Assembly (NCBI GenBank): GCA_945859975.1
Contig: CAMAPH010000047.1
Coordinates: forward strand, 1 to 18,893
DNA: 18,893 nt
Direction of reading: 5' to 3'
Source of the DNA: Chthonomonas calidirosea
Lineage (GTDB): Bacteria > Armatimonadota > Fimbriimonadia > Fimbriimonadales > Fimbriimonadaceae
Shown here: positions 8,156 through 16,381 of the stretch, piece after piece
How positions within the stretch are numbered: the first letter of the stretch is position 1
Layout of the letters: every line of letters begins with the position of its first letter
Position numbers and translations under genes: made by a program
Notes under the pieces: generated by a model
Told to the model about the DNA's origin: nothing
What the model saw: the letters and a program-made list of their open reading frames with translations, nothing else
Database searches by the model: none

Positions 8156-9000
8156 TGTCGCCGACCGATGTCGCGCAGGTGCTTAACCAGGCTCTGCCGT
8201 ACATCCAGAAGTTTCGCGGGCAAACGTTTGTCGTTAAGTACGGCGGAAGCGCAATGCGTGAGCCAGAGCGGATGGCAAACGTGGTGCGCAATGTGCTGCT
8301 ACTGCACGTGGTTGGAATCCGCATCGTCCTTGTCCACGGGGGTGGGCCAGAGATTGATTCCCTGGTCGGTCGGCTTGGGCTTGAGAAGCGAACCTTAGAT
8401 GGTCTGCGCGTGACCGATGACGCCACGATGGAGGCGGTTGAGATGGCGCTTCTACGGGCAAACCAGGGGCTGGTGGCGGAAATTCTGCGCCAGGGAGGAA
8501 GCGCAGTCGGCCTATCTGGGCGCGACGGCGGCTTGATGCGCGGCGAACCGATTAGCGAGGCTTTGGGAAGAGCCGGTCGCGTGACCTCGATCAATACGGC
8601 GCCGCTCACTTATGCGCAGGATTCGGGCGTGATTCCGGTGGTTTGCACGATTGCGGGAGACGCTGAGTTTCAGCCGCTGAACATCAATGCCGATATGGCG
8701 GCAGCCGCGGTCGCGAAGGCGATGACGGCCCGAAAGCTGATTCTGATGACCGACACAAACGGGGTTCTGTCGAACGCGGATGATGGCCAGTCGACGATTT
8801 CCGAGCTCTCCTGCGCGGACGCAGAGACGCTGATTTCGAACGGAAAAGCGACGCGGGGCATGATTCCAAAGCTGGAATCGGCGGTCGACGCTTTGCGCGG
8901 CGGTGTGAATGCGGTTCACCTGATCAATGGATCGTCACCTCATTCATTGCTCATTGAGATCTTTACCGATTCCGGAATTGGCACGATGATGCGTCCATAA
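8155..9000 (+). CDS. argB: Acetylglutamate kinase
   Basis: ALPYIQKF N-helix, VVKYGGSAM, VHGGGPEI, GLRVTD, NINAD, GMIPK, LLIEIFTDSGIGT. TGATG overlap with the acs stop. Confidence 0.96.
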   Translation: MSPTDVAQVLNQALPYIQKFRGQTFVVKYGGSAMREPERMANVVRNVLLLHVVGIRIVLVHGGGPEIDSLVGRLGLEKRTLDGLRVTDDATMEAVEMALLRANQGLVAEILRQGGSAVGLSGRDGGLMRGEPISEALGRAGRVTSINTAPLTYAQDSGVIPVVCTIAGDAEFQPLNINADMAAAAVAKAMTARKLILMTDTNGVLSNADDGQSTISELSCADAETLISNGKATRGMIPKLESAVDALRGGVNAVHLINGSSPHSLLIEIFTDSGIGTMMRP

Positions 9001-10118
9001 TGAGCGCGATGGGGACAGAACCAGCAACCGTCGTGAAACCAGAAACGCCAAAGAAATCGAGCCGTAATGCTTCGATAGAGGGCTTGCGCGGCTTCGCAGC
9101 GCTGCTGGTTGTCATTTCGCACGTTAACGGGATTGCGGTCGATCGGGGCTTTGCTCCGGGCTGGCAGAAGTGGGTGGACACGGTTCTGCTGAACCACCTC
9201 GGCACTTTCGGCGTTTGCGCGTTCTTCTGCATCTCCGGTTTTCTCATTCTGCAGAGCTTGCTGAAGAGTAAGAGCCTGGGCGAGTTTGCGATCAATCGCG
9301 TCAAGCGAATCTATCCGCTGTTTATCGCGATGCAGTTGGTCGCGTTCCCGATTGCGCTTGTTTTAGAAAGTGATCTGATGCCGTATCGGAAGCAACCGAC
9401 GGCGTTGATCGGGCACTTCTTCTCTAACCTGTTCTTCATTCCGGGCGTTTTCGAGGGGCCGTTGGCGCAGAAGAACGCCTGGACGCTGAGCTATGAGGCG
9501 GTGTTCTATGTCACCAGCGCGCTGATTTTCTTGGGGCTTGGGCTTTCGAAGAATGGAGCCGTGCGGGTGTTGGCAACGGTCGTCGGAATCGCGGCGGCAG
9601 TGGCGCTACTTGTGCTTCGTCCGTACTTCTGGTTCTTTGCCGTCGGCACGCTTACTTACTGGATGTTCAGCTTGGTGAAGACCGCGCCGAGCTGGCTGAA
9701 GATTGCGCCGCTTGGTTTGGTGACAATGATCGCGGCCTATCTCCTTCTCCCCGCCGCCGGGCGAACGGGCTTCACGGTTAGCGATGCGCCGCTATGGGTC
9801 GCTTGTCTTCCGCTCTCGTTCATTTTCTTCGCGACTTTGGTTTACGAAGAGGGCTGGCTGTCATCGTTCTTGCAGCAGGGTTGGCTGCAGCACCTTGGCG
9901 CGATTAGTTACAGCTTGTACTTGGTCCACCCGTTTGTTCTACATCCCCTGCGAATGGTGATTGGCAAATTGCCAAGCTCCGTCGGGCCGTATGCGTTCAT
10001 CGTGCTTGGCCTAGGTTTGTCCATCTGGGTTGCGGGACTGACGTTTAAGTGGATCGAAGTTGAGCTCACTCGAAAGCTGTTCCCGCGAAAGCCAGCGGCT
10101 CCAACGCCTTCTACTTAA
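9000..10118 (+). CDS. Acyltransferase-3 (OafA/YrhL-like) integral-membrane O-acyltransferase, no SGNH domain
   Basis: IEGLRGFAALLVVISH, GVCAFFCISGFLI, RVKRIYP, WTLSYEAVFY, LGAISYSLYLVH and about 10 TM segments. TAATG overlap with argB; 8-nt overlap with the convergent gene. Confidence 0.92.
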   Translation: MSAMGTEPATVVKPETPKKSSRNASIEGLRGFAALLVVISHVNGIAVDRGFAPGWQKWVDTVLLNHLGTFGVCAFFCISGFLILQSLLKSKSLGEFAINRVKRIYPLFIAMQLVAFPIALVLESDLMPYRKQPTALIGHFFSNLFFIPGVFEGPLAQKNAWTLSYEAVFYVTSALIFLGLGLSKNGAVRVLATVVGIAAAVALLVLRPYFWFFAVGTLTYWMFSLVKTAPSWLKIAPLGLVTMIAAYLLLPAAGRTGFTVSDAPLWVACLPLSFIFFATLVYEEGWLSSFLQQGWLQHLGAISYSLYLVHPFVLHPLRMVIGKLPSSVGPYAFIVLGLGLSIWVAGLTFKWIEVELTRKLFPRKPAAPTPST

Positions 10119-10818
10119 GCGGAACTAGCCCGCCGGTGAGGACGCCGTTATTCCAATCATAAACGCCCGCAAACTTGGCGTGCGAACCGCCTTGGCATAC
10201 GAACGTTGAACCTACCTGTACGGGTTCGTGGACAACGGTATGCGAATGCCCGCCAAGGATGATGTCGAGTTGCGGGCACTTCGCCGCGAGGTCCAGATCT
10301 TGCCGATGGCCGATGTGGGTCAGCGCGATGAGGACATCTACCTGTGGTCGGAGTTCTTCGGCAAGTTGAATGATCGTGTCGTTCGCGGGCTCCCAGGTGA
10401 GGGTAACGGCGGACTGGGAAGACATCTTCGGCGTAACCATGGCGATCATCGCAGAGACGATTCCGATTCGGTAGCCTTCGCGATTGATCACAAGGGAGCG
10501 GGGGAGCAGATAGTCGCCTCCCTTTCGCTTCAAATTTCCGCAAAGTACGGGATGGGTTGCCCCAGATAGCTTCATTCGCACGGCGAATTCGTACAAGTGG
10601 CACTCTCGATTTCCGGTCACGCTGGCATCGCAATTCAGGTCCGTGAGGTGTTTCCAGATCGCTTCGGGCCGCAAGACGAACGCTAGGTTGCCGGCTTTGA
10701 TGCAGTCACCGGAATCGAAGTACAGGTCGGCGTCTTGCCGCAACTCCGTCAGCTTTTCTAACGCAGGACCGACGAGGGCACCATGAAAATCGTTCGTGTG
10801 CAAAATTTTCAGAGGCAT
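10111..10818 (-). CDS. Calcineurin-like metallophosphoesterase, UshA/5'-nucleotidase N-terminal domain only
   Basis: ILHTNDFHG, DSGD, GNRE, LTHIG, IILGGHSH. Start ATG10818 with strong SD AAGGAGA, giving 235 aa. Confidence 0.9.
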   Translation of the reverse strand: MPLKILHTNDFHGALVGPALEKLTELRQDADLYFDSGDCIKAGNLAFVLRPEAIWKHLTDLNCDASVTGNRECHLYEFAVRMKLSGATHPVLCGNLKRKGGDYLLPRSLVINREGYRIGIVSAMIAMVTPKMSSQSAVTLTWEPANDTIIQLAEELRPQVDVLIALTHIGHRQDLDLAAKCPQLDIILGGHSHTVVHEPVQVGSTFVCQGGSHAKFAGVYDWNNGVLTGGLVPLK

Positions 10819-10861
10819 TTTGTTCGGGTCTCCTTTTATCGCGCCGGTATGTTCAATGGCA

Positions 10862-10907
10862 AAATCGCGTAGAGTTAAGGGTAGCCGATCCATTCTTTAC
10901 GCGATTT
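10862..10907. promoter_or_regulatory. Long inverted repeat in the divergent intergenic region
   Basis: AAATCGCGTAGAG(10862-10874) / CTTTACGCGATTT(10895-10907): 12 of 13 Watson-Crick pairs plus one G-T, 20-nt spacer with an inner mini-stem GGGT/ATCC. Confidence 0.5.
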
Positions 10908-10928
10908 GGACGGTCCGAAGGGAAATCA

Positions 10929-11216
10929 ATGAAGAAATTTATGTTCGTATCCGTTCTTGCGGTGGCTGCGGTCAGCGTGTCGTTTGGCCAGGCGAAACCT
11001 GCTCCAAAGGCTCCAACGTCGGTCAAGTGCGCGGTCATGACGTCGGAATCCGTTAACATCGCGAAGGCAACGAAGGAAAAGATGTTCTCGGACTACAAGG
11101 GACGCCGATACTTCTTCTGCTGCGGCGGATGCCCAGGCGCTTTCAAGGCCGATCCAGCGAAGTTTGCGAAGGGACCAAGCATCCCAACGCCAAAGGCTCC
11201 AAAGAAGAAAGTCTGA
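10929..11216 (+). CDS. Exported YHS/TRASH-domain metal-binding protein
   Basis: Signal peptide MKKFMFVSVLAVAAVSVSFG, then C-A-V-M ... SDYKGRRYFFCCGGCPGAFKADPAKF, the YHS pattern. Confidence 0.85.
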   Translation: MKKFMFVSVLAVAAVSVSFGQAKPAPKAPTSVKCAVMTSESVNIAKATKEKMFSDYKGRRYFFCCGGCPGAFKADPAKFAKGPSIPTPKAPKKKV

Positions 11217-11226
11217 TCCAGACACG

Positions 11227-11269
11227 AAAGAGCCCGCCCGAACATTATTCGGGCGGGCTCTTTTATTTG
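11227..11269 (+). terminator. Rho-independent terminator, probably bidirectional (YHS gene / secG)
   Basis: AAAGAGCCCGCCCGAA(11227-11242)-CATTA-TTCGGGCGGGCTCTTT(11248-11263) followed by TATTTG, between convergent stops. Confidence 0.9.
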
Positions 11270-11273
11270 TTAA

Positions 11274-11516
11274 CTACTTCTTTGGCAGGAATCGGCTCGT
11301 GAAGTCGATCGCGAGCATAAGGACCATGAAGGTCGCGCCGAGGTAGAGCGTCCAGTTCGACACTTGGTCGTCGAAACTAGCCTTTCCTTTGTAGCTGGTG
11401 CGGATGCTTCCGCCGCCGGACATGGCGTCACCTTTGCCGGTCAAGATGACGAGCACGCTAAAAACGAGGGCGACAAGGATGCCCAGCCAGAGTAAAACTT
11501 GGTACGTAACCGACAC
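11274..11516 (-). CDS. secG: Preprotein translocase subunit SecG
   Basis: 80 aa, two TM helices flanking a GKGDAMSGGG glycine-rich loop, matching SecG size and topology. The usual LLQ motif has diverged (ILT). Confidence 0.75.
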   Translation of the reverse strand: MSVTYQVLLWLGILVALVFSVLVILTGKGDAMSGGGSIRTSYKGKASFDDQVSNWTLYLGATFMVLMLAIDFTSRFLPKK

Positions 11517-11532
11517 GAGGTCTACAGGATAC

Positions 11533-12633
11533 CTACAGTCGAACGTCGATCTTGAAGATGTAGGCGATTCCGGTGAGGATTCCGGCCCCTAGCAAGCTGC
11601 CAGAAATCACCTGGAGGATGCCCATATTCCAGAGTCGCACAATCGGCGGAGCCTGCAATCGCCGGACGAGCGAATAGTTTTTCAGCAGGTCATTGGCGCT
11701 GTTGATGGCTCGGGCGACCTGAGCGTCGCTTGGCGGACGGGTCGTGATGAACTTCTGCATGAAGCTTCCGACTGTCTTCCAGAGAAGGAGCGTCGCTAAC
11801 ACCGCCGCAAGCAAGCGCACTTCGGAACTGGGAACCCAAGGGGTGCGAAAGATTGACAGGAACAGCATCATGCCGGCAGCCAGGTTTGTTCCGCAACGTG
11901 GATGCACGCGAGGCATTCGCTTGACCACATCCACGGAAAGCGTCTCTCCGCGCTCAAGGGTGTGGACGACTTGGTGCTCAGCTCCGTGAATGCCCGCGAG
12001 CGGCGAAAGGCGGAGGCCGCCTAGAAACAGCGCAAGCGCCAAAAACTCTGCCGCCGGATTCTGCATCCAGGTTGGGATGACTTTCACCAACCAGTCTTCG
12101 GTGATCCACGCTCCGAGGTAGTTGCCAGTTGCGAGAAGGGCGAACATCGAGAATCCAGTGGCTACAAGCGCCCACTTGTTCGGCCCACCGCTGGCGGTTC
12201 CGGTTGTGAGATATACGCCGAACGGAGTTGCCATTCCACCAACTAGCGGCAAAACCGGGCGCGGGAGTGGTCGGGGATAGAGGTCGGCGTACGACATGGC
12301 GCCTAGGAGCGCATTTGCATCGTCAACAACCCACAGCCGGTCAACACTTTCGGTTTCCATGAGCCGGAGCGCGTCAGCGGCGCTTTGGTAGGCACGGATT
12401 GTCACGGCGGGGGAAGCGACGGTAGGGCCGGTGAGGTCAACGCCGTCGGCGAGGGCATTGCCAAGGGCTTTTGCGGTGACGAGACCAATGAGAATTTCGC
12501 CGTCCGTAACCGGAACCGCTCCGTCCAAGGCGTCTCGCATGAGCGTTGCCGCGCGTTCCCAAGAATCCTCGGGTTGCAGGGTTCTTACCGGCCGTGCGAA
12601 CAGGCTCACGGGAACATCAAGGCGGATACTCAC
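11533..12633 (-). CDS. CBS-pair + DUF1385 (YqhQ-like) membrane protein
   Basis: Two N-terminal CBS repeats (AVPVTDGEILIGLVT; RLWVVDDANALLGAMS), followed by DUF1385 motifs VGGMA..FGV, HGAEHQVVH..E.GE.L and PRVHPRCGTN, plus TM segments. Confidence 0.85.
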   Translation of the reverse strand: MSIRLDVPVSLFARPVRTLQPEDSWERAATLMRDALDGAVPVTDGEILIGLVTAKALGNALADGVDLTGPTVASPAVTIRAYQSAADALRLMETESVDRLWVVDDANALLGAMSYADLYPRPLPRPVLPLVGGMATPFGVYLTTGTASGGPNKWALVATGFSMFALLATGNYLGAWITEDWLVKVIPTWMQNPAAEFLALALFLGGLRLSPLAGIHGAEHQVVHTLERGETLSVDVVKRMPRVHPRCGTNLAAGMMLFLSIFRTPWVPSSEVRLLAAVLATLLLWKTVGSFMQKFITTRPPSDAQVARAINSANDLLKNYSLVRRLQAPPIVRLWNMGILQVISGSLLGAGILTGIAYIFKIDVRL

Positions 12634-12716
12634 AACCTACAAGGGTACGCCATGGCGGCGGGTTGCCGTCGCGTTGGTGGCTCAGCGGCGTATGGAGACA
12701 TACTCTCCCAGAGACG

Positions 12717-13679
12717 ATGAAGCGAATTGCCGTGATTACCAGCGGTGGCGACGCGCCAGGCATGAACGCCGCCCTTAGGGCAGTGGTCCGAGCCGCAATT
12801 GGTCGTGGCGCAGAGGTCGTTGGTTTTGGCCACGGCTACGAAGGCATCATCAACAACGAAGCCGTTGAGATGAATTCTCAGGCGGTTGGCGGCATCATCG
12901 ATCGCGGCGGCACGATTCTCCGAACCGCGCGAAGCGCAACATTTAGGACCATCGAAGGTCGTCAGAAAGCACTGGACATGCTGACGGCTAACGGCGCGGA
13001 AGGCTTGGTGGTCATCGGCGGAGACGGTTCGCTTACCGGCGCGCTCAAACTTCACGAAGAGTTTCAGTTCCCGGTGATGGGCGTTCCTGGTTCGATTGAT
13101 AACGACATCGCGGGAACGGACTTCTCGATCGGTTTTGATACGGCGGTGAACACAGCGGTGCAAGCGATCGACCGCGTTCGCGATACGGCCTATTCCCACG
13201 AGCGCGTGTTTGTCATCGAAGTGATGGGTAGGCGAAACGGCTTTATCGCGCTGGAAGCGGGGCTAAGTGGCGGCGCAGAGGCCGTGCTGATTCCGGAAGT
13301 GCCTTACTCGCTGTTGGACATTTGCCGATACTTGCGTTCGGCGGCCTCCAAAGGCAAGCGAAGCTCGATCCTCGTGGTGGCAGAAGGCGCGGCGAAAGCG
13401 AGCGATGTTAGCGACTTCATTGGCAAGAACACCGGTTTTGAGACCCGGCACGTTGTGCTGGGGCATATGCAGCGTGGCGGTTCGCCAACGGCGTTTGATC
13501 GTGTTTTGGCACTTCGCCTGGGCGCGATGGCGACGAACCGTTTACTTTCTGGCTTCCGGGGCGAAATGGTAGGTGTGGACGGTCGTAACCTCGTGTCACA
13601 TCCGCTTTCTTACGTGTTGAGCACGGATCGGCAGATTGATCCTGAACGTTTGCTGCTGACCGAAGTCATGGCGCAGTGA
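12717..13679 (+). CDS. pfkA: ATP-dependent 6-phosphofructokinase
   Basis: MKRIAVITSGGDAPGMNAA, GGTILRTAR, GGDGS (Gly indicates ATP type), PGSIDND, EVMGR, LGHMQRGG. 320 aa. Confidence 0.97.
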   Translation: MKRIAVITSGGDAPGMNAALRAVVRAAIGRGAEVVGFGHGYEGIINNEAVEMNSQAVGGIIDRGGTILRTARSATFRTIEGRQKALDMLTANGAEGLVVIGGDGSLTGALKLHEEFQFPVMGVPGSIDNDIAGTDFSIGFDTAVNTAVQAIDRVRDTAYSHERVFVIEVMGRRNGFIALEAGLSGGAEAVLIPEVPYSLLDICRYLRSAASKGKRSSILVVAEGAAKASDVSDFIGKNTGFETRHVVLGHMQRGGSPTAFDRVLALRLGAMATNRLLSGFRGEMVGVDGRNLVSHPLSYVLSTDRQIDPERLLLTEVMAQ

Positions 13680-14945
13680 TTAGAGCTTCGTAATGTTCGA
13701 ACTCGTCACGGCCGATGCTTGTGGCGGCGTGTCGGAGTACGTCATTCGGTAAGAGGCGGTGCTGCCGTACATTCCGGAAATGCCGTCCTTGGACCACGGC
13801 GCGAGGTATCCCGTGGCGACTCGTTCATTGAGTCGCGGCACGATGTAGAAGAAGTAGGGGTGGAAACCCTCTTTGTCGACGCCATCCGAGAACGTTGGGT
13901 CTTGCGGTAGCCAGCCGGTGCCAGGGACAAAAATTTCGACCCAGGCGTGGTTTTGCGGGCGGCTATTTCGAAGGTCTACACCCAGAACTACTCGGGACGG
14001 AATTCCGATCGAGCTGATGGCGCGGGCATATAGGCTGCTGAAGCCGAAGCAGGTGGCTTTCTTGGCCTTGCAAACCTCAACAAACGTTGGCGGTTCTGGG
14101 ATTTGGTACGAGAAGTCCTTCACCAGCCCGCGGAAGAGCGTCTGCGCGGCCTTCATCGGGGCCATCGTTTGCTTAAAGTTCGTCGGCAAGTGGCGGTCGA
14201 CGAACTCTTTCGTGACGGCAACGTCTGCTGCCTCACCCGGGATTACGTTGTATTGCTTTGCTTCGGGAGGCAACGCTGCATAGTTGGTCCACGCCACTGC
14301 CTCCAGCTTCTTCGGGTTTAGCCGAATGTTGTACGCGACAACAATCTGATTTCGAATGACGTCGTACTCTCCCGGTCCGGCACTATCCTTTACCAAGCCA
14401 TCGGAGTCTTTCGTGCTCGGAGTCTCGGGTTCTTGGTGGGAGAACCGATCTTGGATCGGCATCGCGATCTCAAGTCGCTTGGCCACGCCCTGCCGGATGG
14501 TGACTTTGAATTTGTTCTCCAGCCGGTATTTAATCGGATCGACGCGCTCAAACTTATCTGGCAACACCGCCTCGATGACGCCCGTGTTTGGTTTGCCGCT
14601 CTCTACTGGTGCCCCGACTGGTACGGCGCGGACGGCATACTCCAGTCCGTAGTCAACGTTTGTGCCGGGTGACCACATGACGGTCCAGATCTTTCCGGGG
14701 GTTGCAACGAAGGATGGGCTTTGTTGGAGCTTTGTGGCGCCCGCGACTTGGTAGACGATCTGGAACGGTTCGCCGGAACCACCATTGCACCGAACTGTGG
14801 TTTGCAGGAAGAACGGTCCCTCTCCGAATCCAAATTTCTTCTCTTCGCCGGTGGAGGTCGTTACCTTAACTTGAGTCACGACAAGATCGGCCGCCATGTT
14901 TGGCGACTTCGTGAGATGGAGCAATCCTAGTAACGACAGGCTCAT
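13680..14945 (-). CDS. Transglutaminase-like (Cys-His-Asp) domain protein with a beta-rich N-terminal region, probably exported
   Basis: ATCFGFS...IGIPSRVVLG...NHAWVEIFVPGTGWLPQDPT, triad intact. Short hydrophobic N-terminus, then an Ig/CARDB-like DLVVTQVKV start. Confidence 0.85.
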   Translation of the reverse strand: MSLSLLGLLHLTKSPNMAADLVVTQVKVTTSTGEEKKFGFGEGPFFLQTTVRCNGGSGEPFQIVYQVAGATKLQQSPSFVATPGKIWTVMWSPGTNVDYGLEYAVRAVPVGAPVESGKPNTGVIEAVLPDKFERVDPIKYRLENKFKVTIRQGVAKRLEIAMPIQDRFSHQEPETPSTKDSDGLVKDSAGPGEYDVIRNQIVVAYNIRLNPKKLEAVAWTNYAALPPEAKQYNVIPGEAADVAVTKEFVDRHLPTNFKQTMAPMKAAQTLFRGLVKDFSYQIPEPPTFVEVCKAKKATCFGFSSLYARAISSIGIPSRVVLGVDLRNSRPQNHAWVEIFVPGTGWLPQDPTFSDGVDKEGFHPYFFYIVPRLNERVATGYLAPWSKDGISGMYGSTASYRMTYSDTPPQASAVTSSNITKL

Positions 14946-14987
14946 CTTGTCTGTAAGCTATTTTGACGAACGGATAATGTGATCAAT

Positions 14988-15677
14988 TCAACTTTTCTTA
15001 AGTTTGCGCAACTCATCCTCCGCCCTTTTCGCGTAGTCAGTGTCCGGATTCAACTGTATCAGCTTTTTGAAGGTCTCGACGGCTTTTTTGGTGTCTCCGA
15101 GATTCTTGTATGCAATTCCGAGCTCGCCGTACGCTTCTCCGCGCACGTGAGTTGAGACTTTTGGCATACGAGTGGGGCCGATGAACTTGATGAACGTGTT
15201 GCAATCATCGCGCAACGTCTCCCAAACTCGGCGCGGCAGCTTGTCTGCTGGCCAGTATTGGCCCTGAATGTAGAGTGTCGCAGCTCGCATCATGTAAATG
15301 TTCGGGTCCTTTGGCTTCAACTTCACGGCCGAATCAAGGGTTTTCCGCGAGGTTTCCAAAAGCGCCTCAGCCTCCGCCTGCTTTCCTTGAACACGCAGTA
15401 GCCCAGCTTTTACGGTCTGCCCGTTCCCAAGCCAGACTAGGGCGCGGGCATCTTTCGGATTCTTTTCGAGCATCGCGTTGATTTCTGCGTACCCAGTCTC
15501 GAAGGTTTTAAAGTCACCTCGGAAGACGGCGAAGAACTTTCGGCGGTACGTGACGATGAACGGATCTTCCTGGTACGTGCCGGCTACCGACTTGTTGTAT
15601 TCCGGCTTTGGATAGACGAACTGGGCGTGCGCGTGGGGGAGAAACAGCAGGACTGAGGCAATAGCGAAGGCGCGCAT
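14988..15677 (-). CDS. Exported tetratricopeptide-repeat protein
   Basis: Signal peptide MRAFAIASVLLFLPHAHA. TPR-like units LEKNPKDARALVWLG, AVKLKPKD and EAYGELGIAYKNLGDTKKAVETFKKLIQLNPD. Alternative start ATG15710 (GGGGG upstream). Confidence 0.8.
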   Translation of the reverse strand: MRAFAIASVLLFLPHAHAQFVYPKPEYNKSVAGTYQEDPFIVTYRRKFFAVFRGDFKTFETGYAEINAMLEKNPKDARALVWLGNGQTVKAGLLRVQGKQAEAEALLETSRKTLDSAVKLKPKDPNIYMMRAATLYIQGQYWPADKLPRRVWETLRDDCNTFIKFIGPTRMPKVSTHVRGEAYGELGIAYKNLGDTKKAVETFKKLIQLNPDTDYAKRAEDELRKLKKS

Positions 15678-15809
15678 GTCACTAGGTTTTACGTCAAAGT
15701 GCGCGAACATATCCCCCTATGGGACCGCCAGTTGGTGAGTTATGGTTCAACCCGTGCCAAAATGAGCGTGATTCGTTTGGCATCGGCCTGCGATATCGAG
15801 GGGCACTCA

Positions 15810-16376
15810 TTGGCAATTGACACCAGCGATTTTAGAAACGGTCTTTCCTTCGTGATGGACAACGAGTTTTGGACGATCATCGAGTTCCAGCACGTCAAGC
15901 CTGGAAAGGGTGGCGCGTTCGTCCGAACTCGACTCCGAAAGATCAAGTCCGGACAGGTCATCGAAAAGACTTTCCGATCCGGAGAAAAAGTAGAGCCAGC
16001 TTTCATCGAAAAGGTGGAAATGCAGTACCTGTACAAGCAGGGTGACGACGCGATCGTGATGGACCTCGACACCTATGAGCAGATTCCAATCCCGATGGCT
16101 ACGCTTGGAGACCAAGCCAAGTACCTGAAGGAAGAGTCGAAAATCATCGCGTCCGTCAGCGGAGCGGAAACCCTTGGCTACGAGCTTCCAAACTTTATGG
16201 AGCTAGAGGTCACGGAGACGGACCCAGGATTTAAGGGCGACACCGTGAGTGGAAGCAACAAACCAGCGACGTTGGAAACCGGTGCGGTAGTTCAAGTTCC
16301 TTTTCACATTAATATTGGTGATGTGATTAAGGTAGATACTCGTACCGATTCGTATCTTGAACGCGTCAAGAAGTAA
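15810..16376 (+). CDS. efp: Elongation factor P (lysine-type PGKG loop)
   Basis: HVKPGKGGAFVRTRL, KTFRSGEKV, MQYLY, PGFKGDT, KPATLETG..VQVPFHI..GD.IKVDTR. TTG start at 15810 with SD GAGGGG 6 nt upstream; 188 aa. Confidence 0.97.
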   Translation: MAIDTSDFRNGLSFVMDNEFWTIIEFQHVKPGKGGAFVRTRLRKIKSGQVIEKTFRSGEKVEPAFIEKVEMQYLYKQGDDAIVMDLDTYEQIPIPMATLGDQAKYLKEESKIIASVSGAETLGYELPNFMELEVTETDPGFKGDTVSGSNKPATLETGAVVQVPFHINIGDVIKVDTRTDSYLERVKK

Positions 16377-16381
16377 GAGCT

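Noticed and set aside
10819..10893. 25-aa extension of the phosphoesterase
   Set aside because: A strong AAGGAGA SD precedes ATG10818, and the extension covers the regulatory inverted repeat.
12546..12716. 57-aa extension of pfkA
   Set aside because: It overlaps the divergent CBS-DUF1385 gene, and the canonical MKRIAV start is at 12717.
15699..15809. 37-aa extension of EF-P
   Set aside because: TTG15810 has a well-spaced GAGGGG SD and gives the normal 188-aa length.
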